A DNA stretch of 37,548 nt from a virus. Taxonomy: Duplodnaviria > Heunggongvirae > Uroviricota > Caudoviricetes. Below are positions 34,232 to 37,548 of this stretch, piece by piece. The notes below the pieces were generated by a model. It was given only the letters and a program-made list of their open reading frames with translations, was not told where the DNA came from and searched no databases. Position numbers and translations under genes: made by a program. Location: the IMG/VR virus record IMGVR_UViG_2636416131_000002. The stretch is one strand, 5' to 3'. The first letter of the stretch is position 1; each line of letters opens with the position of its first letter.

Positions 34232-34975
34232 ATGACAGAGACAGAATCAGCGATTCTGGCGCACGCCCGGCGATGTGCGCCAGCGGAGTCGTGCGGCTTC
34301 GTGGTGAGAACACCGGAGGGGGAAAGATATTTTCCCTGCGTGAATATCTCTGGTGAGCCGGAGGCGTATTTCCGGATGTCGCCGGAGGACTGGCTGAGTG
34401 CAGAAATGCAGGGAGAGATTGTGGCGCTGGTCCACAGCCACCCCGGTGGTCTGCCCTGGCTGAGTGAGGCCGACCGGCGGCTGCAGGTGCAGAGTGATTT
34501 GCCGTGGTGGCTGGTCTGCCGGGGGGCGATTCATAAATTCCGCTGTGTGCCGCATCTCACCGGGCGGCGCTTTGAGCACGGGGTGACGGACTGTTACACG
34601 CTGTTCCGGGACGCTTACCATCTGGCGGGAATTGAGATGCCGGATTTTCATCGCGGGGATGACTGGTGGCGTCACGGCCAGAATCTCTATCTGGATAATA
34701 TGGAGGCAACGGGGTTGTATCAGGTGCCGTTGTCAGCGGCCCAGCCGGGCGATGTGCTGCTGTGCTGTTTTGGTTCATCGGTGCCGAATCATGCCGCCAT
34801 TTACTGTGGCGACGGCGAGCTGCTGCACCATATTCCTGAACAACTGAGTAAACGAGAGAGGTACACCGACAAATGGCAGCGACGCACACACTCCCTCTGG
34901 CGTCACCGGGCATGGCACGCATCTGCCTTTACGGGGATTTGCAACGATTTGGCCGCCGCATCGATCTTCGTGTGA
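34232..34975 (+). CDS. K: Tail tip assembly protein K (lambda gpK-like): JAMM/MPN motif plus NlpC/P60-like C-terminal region
   Basis: HSHPGGLPWLSEAD fits the JAMM HxHx7Sx2D motif. Start at 34232 gives 247 aa; an internal ATG at 34376 would give 199 aa, the length I recall for lambda K. Confidence 0.8.
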   Translation: MTETESAILAHARRCAPAESCGFVVRTPEGERYFPCVNISGEPEAYFRMSPEDWLSAEMQGEIVALVHSHPGGLPWLSEADRRLQVQSDLPWWLVCRGAIHKFRCVPHLTGRRFEHGVTDCYTLFRDAYHLAGIEMPDFHRGDDWWRHGQNLYLDNMEATGLYQVPLSAAQPGDVLLCCFGSSVPNHAAIYCGDGELLHHIPEQLSKRERYTDKWQRRTHSLWRHRAWHASAFTGICNDLAAASIFV

Positions 34976-35544
34976 AAACGGGGGCTGAAGCTATCCGGGC
35001 GCTGGCCACACAGCTCCCGGCGTTTCGTCAGAAACTGAGCGACGGCTGGTATCAGGTACGGATTGCCGGGCGGGATGTCAGCACGTCCGGATTAACGGCG
35101 CAGTTACATGAGACTCTGCCTGATGGCGCTGTGATTCATATTGTTCCCAGAGTCGCCGGGGCCAAGTCAGGTGGTGTATTCCAGATTGTCCTGGGAGCTG
35201 CCGCCATTGCCGGATCATTCTTTACTGCCGGAGCCACCCTTGCAGCATGGGGGGCAGCCATTGGGGCCGGTGGTATGACCGGCATCCTGTTTTCTCTCGG
35301 TGCCAGTATGGTGCTCGGTGGTGTGGCGCAGATGCTGGCACCGAAAGCCAGAACTCCCCGTACACAGACAACGGATAACGGCAAACAGAACACCTATTTT
35401 TCCTCACTGGATAACATGGTTGCTCAGGGCAATGTTCTGCCTGTTCTGTACGGTGAAATGCGTGTGGGGTCGCGGGTGGTTTCTCAGGAGATCAGCACGG
35501 CAGACGAAGGGGACGGTGGTCAGGTTGTGGTGATTGGTCGCTGA
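34873..35544 (+). CDS. I: Tail tip assembly protein I (lambda gpI-like), 223 aa
   Basis: 223 aa with a glycine/alanine-rich hydrophobic core, overlapping the 3' end of K in another frame. Confidence 0.8.
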   Translation: MAATHTLPLASPGMARICLYGDLQRFGRRIDLRVKTGAEAIRALATQLPAFRQKLSDGWYQVRIAGRDVSTSGLTAQLHETLPDGAVIHIVPRVAGAKSGGVFQIVLGAAAIAGSFFTAGATLAAWGAAIGAGGMTGILFSLGASMVLGGVAQMLAPKARTPRTQTTDNGKQNTYFSSLDNMVAQGNVLPVLYGEMRVGSRVVSQEISTADEGDGGQVVVIGR

Positions 35545-35604
35545 TGCAAAATGTTTTATGTGAAACCGTCTCCGGGCGGTTTTGTCGTTTATGGAGCATG
35601 ACGA

Positions 35605-37548
35605 ATGGGTAAAGGCAGCAGTAAGGGGCATACCCCGCGCGAAGCGAAGGATAACCTGAAATCCACGCAGTTGCTGAGTGTGATCGATGCCATCAGCGAA
35701 GGGCCGGTTGAAGGTCCGGTGGATGGATTAAAAAGCGTGCTGCTGAACAGTACGCCAGTGCTGGACAGTGAGGGGAATACCAATATCTCCGGCGTCACGG
35801 TGGTGTTCCGGGCCGGTGAGCAGGAGCAGACACCGCCGGAGGGATTTGAATCCTCCGGCTCCGAGACGGTGCTGGGTACGGAAGTGAAATACGACACGCC
35901 GATCACCCGGACCATCACGTCGGCAAACATTGACCGACTGCGTTTTACCTTCGGCGTGCAGGCACTGGTGGAAACCACCTCAAAGGGGGACAGGAATCCG
36001 TCGGAAGTCCGCCTGCTGGTTCAGATCCAGCGTAACGGTGGCTGGGTGACGGAAAAAGACATCACCATTAAGGGCAAAACCACCTCGCAGTATCTGGCCT
36101 CGGTGGTGGTGGGTAACCTGCCGCCGCGCCCGTTCAATATCCGGATGCGCAGGATGACGCCGGACAGCACCACAGACCAGCTGCAGAACAAAACGCTCTG
36201 GTCGTCATACACCGAAATCATCGATGTGAAACAGGGCTACCCGAACACGGCACTGGTCGGCGTGCAGGTGGATTCGGAGCAGTTCGGCAGCCAGCAGGTG
36301 AGCCGTAATTATCATCTTCGCGGGCGCATTCTGCAGGTGCCGTCGAACTATAACCCGCAGACGCGGCAATACAGCGGTATCTGGGACGGAACGTTAAAAC
36401 CGGCATACAGCAACAACATGGCCTGGTGTCTGTGGGATATGCTGACCCACCCGCGCTACGGCATGGGGAAACGTCTTGGTGCGGCGGATGTGGATAAATG
36501 GGCGCTGTATGTCATCGGCCAGTACTGCGACCAGTCGGTGCCGGACGGTTTTGGCGGTACGGAGCCGCGCATCACCTGTAATGCGTACCTGACCACACAG
36601 CGTAAGGCGTGGGATGTGCTCAGTGATTTCTGCTCGGCGATGCGCTGTATGCCGGTATGGAACGGGCAGACGCTGACGTTCGTGCAGGACCGGCCGTCGG
36701 ATAAGGTGTGGATCTATAACCGCAGTAATGTGGTGATGCCGGATGATGGCGCGCCGTTCCGCTACAGCTTCAGCGCCCTGAAGGACCGCCATAATGCCGT
36801 TGAGGTGAACTGGATTGACCCGAATAACGGCTGGGAGACGGCGACAGAGCTTGTGGAGGACACGCAGGCCATTGCCCGTTACGGTCGTAATGTCACGAAG
36901 ATGGATGCCTTTGGCTGTACCAGCCGGGGGCAGGCACATCGCGCCGGGCTGTGGCTGATTAAAACAGAACTGCTGGAAACGCAGACCGTGGACTTCAGCG
37001 TGGGCGCAGAAGGGCTTCGCCATGTGCCGGGCGATGTCATTGAAATCTGTGATGATGACTATGCCGGTATCAGCATCGGCGGGCGCGTGCTGGCGGTAAA
37101 CAGCCAGACCCGGACGCTGACGCTCGACCGTGAAATCACGCTGCCATCTTCCGGCACCACGCTGATAAGCCTGGTTGACGGGCAGGGGAGTCCGGTCAGC
37201 GTGGAGGTTCAGTCCGTCACCGACGGCGTGAAGGTGAAAGTGAGCCGTGTTCCTGACGGCGTTGCTGAATACAGCGTATGGGGGCTGAAGCTGCCGACGT
37301 TGCGCCAGCGCCTGTTCCGCTGCGTGAGTATCCGTGAGAACGACGACGGCACGTATGCCATCACCGCCGTGCAGCATGTACCGGAAAAAGAGGCCATCGT
37401 GGATAACGGGGCGCACTTTGACGGCGACCAGAGCGGCACGGTAAATGGTGTCACGCCGCCAGCGGTGCAGCACCTGACCGCAGAAGTCACCGCAGACAGC
37501 GGGGAATACCAGGTGCTGGCGCGCTGGGACACGCCGAAGGTGGTGAAG
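35605..37548 (+). CDS. J: Tail tip / host-specificity protein J (lambda gpJ-like), N-terminal 648 codons; continues beyond window
   Basis: Frame from the ATG at 35605 is open to the window end; translation begins MGKGSSKGHTPREAKDNLKSTQLLSVIDAISEGPVEGPVDGLKSVLLNSTPVL, which matches lambda J as I recall it. Missing from the ORF track because there is no stop in the window. Confidence 0.9.
   Translation, partial: MGKGSSKGHTPREAKDNLKSTQLLSVIDAISEGPVEGPVDGLKSVLLNSTPVLDSEGNTNISGVTVVFRAGEQEQTPPEGFESSGSETVLGTEVKYDTPITRTITSANIDRLRFTFGVQALVETTSKGDRNPSEVRLLVQIQRNGGWVTEKDITIKGKTTSQYLASVVVGNLPPRPFNIRMRRMTPDSTTDQLQNKTLWSSYTEIIDVKQGYPNTALVGVQVDSEQFGSQQVSRNYHLRGRILQVPSNYNPQTRQYSGIWDGTLKPAYSNNMAWCLWDMLTHPRYGMGKRLGAADVDKWALYVIGQYCDQSVPDGFGGTEPRITCNAYLTTQRKAWDVLSDFCSAMRCMPVWNGQTLTFVQDRPSDKVWIYNRSNVVMPDDGAPFRYSFSALKDRHNAVEVNWIDPNNGWETATELVEDTQAIARYGRNVTKMDAFGCTSRGQAHRAGLWLIKTELLETQTVDFSVGAEGLRHVPGDVIEICDDDYAGISIGGRVLAVNSQTRTLTLDREITLPSSGTTLISLVDGQGSPVSVEVQSVTDGVKVKVSRVPDGVAEYSVWGLKLPTLRQRLFRCVSIRENDDGTYAITAVQHVPEKEAIVDNGAHFDGDQSGTVNGVTPPAVQHLTAEVTADSGEYQVLARWDTPKVVK

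Noticed and set aside
33580-35978. Antisense ORFs over the L, K and I genes (33580..34233, 34247..34675, 34557..34922, 35589..35978)
   Set aside because: Opposite strand to tightly packed, lambda-like tail genes.
36394-37532. Minus-strand ORFs of 359 aa and 107 aa at the right edge
   Set aside because: Plus-strand translation of the same region is lambda-J-like and open to the window end; these are antisense artefacts that appear only because J has no stop in the window.

Overview
This window reads as a near-complete lambdoid prophage of the Escherichia coli Qin / DicB type, with no database search run; all calls rest on reading the sequence and on recalled protein families. From left to right: the 3' end of an IS2 copy (window starts inside it); a leftward early operon on the minus strand (excisionase-like gene, an 823-aa exonuclease, ydfD, dicB, the DicF sRNA, small ydfA/B/C-like ORFs); an immunity region with a DicA-like repressor divergent from a Cro-like gene and a recurring 14-bp operator; a replication gene carrying an internal iteron array; an insertion sequence with a 444-aa DDE transposase; morons flxA and relB-relE-hokD; rem, ydfU and antiterminator Q with a late promoter and terminator; cold-shock genes cspF, cspB and cspI flanking a phage-21-type lysis cassette; gnsB and ydfO; a candidate cos site; then terminase, portal, a fused protease-capsid ORF, and a lambda-like tail module (Z, U, V, G/G-T, H, M, L, K, I, J) running off the right edge. 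J has no stop in the window and is absent from the ORF track. No CRISPR array, tRNA or rRNA was seen. The most unusual loci are the exonuclease with its long N-terminal extension, the doubly coded segment at 4492-5109, the IS-interrupted replication module, the protease-capsid fusion and the small ORFs in the cold-shock islands. I found no clear evidence of a wholly new multi-gene system; novelty cannot be established without searches.
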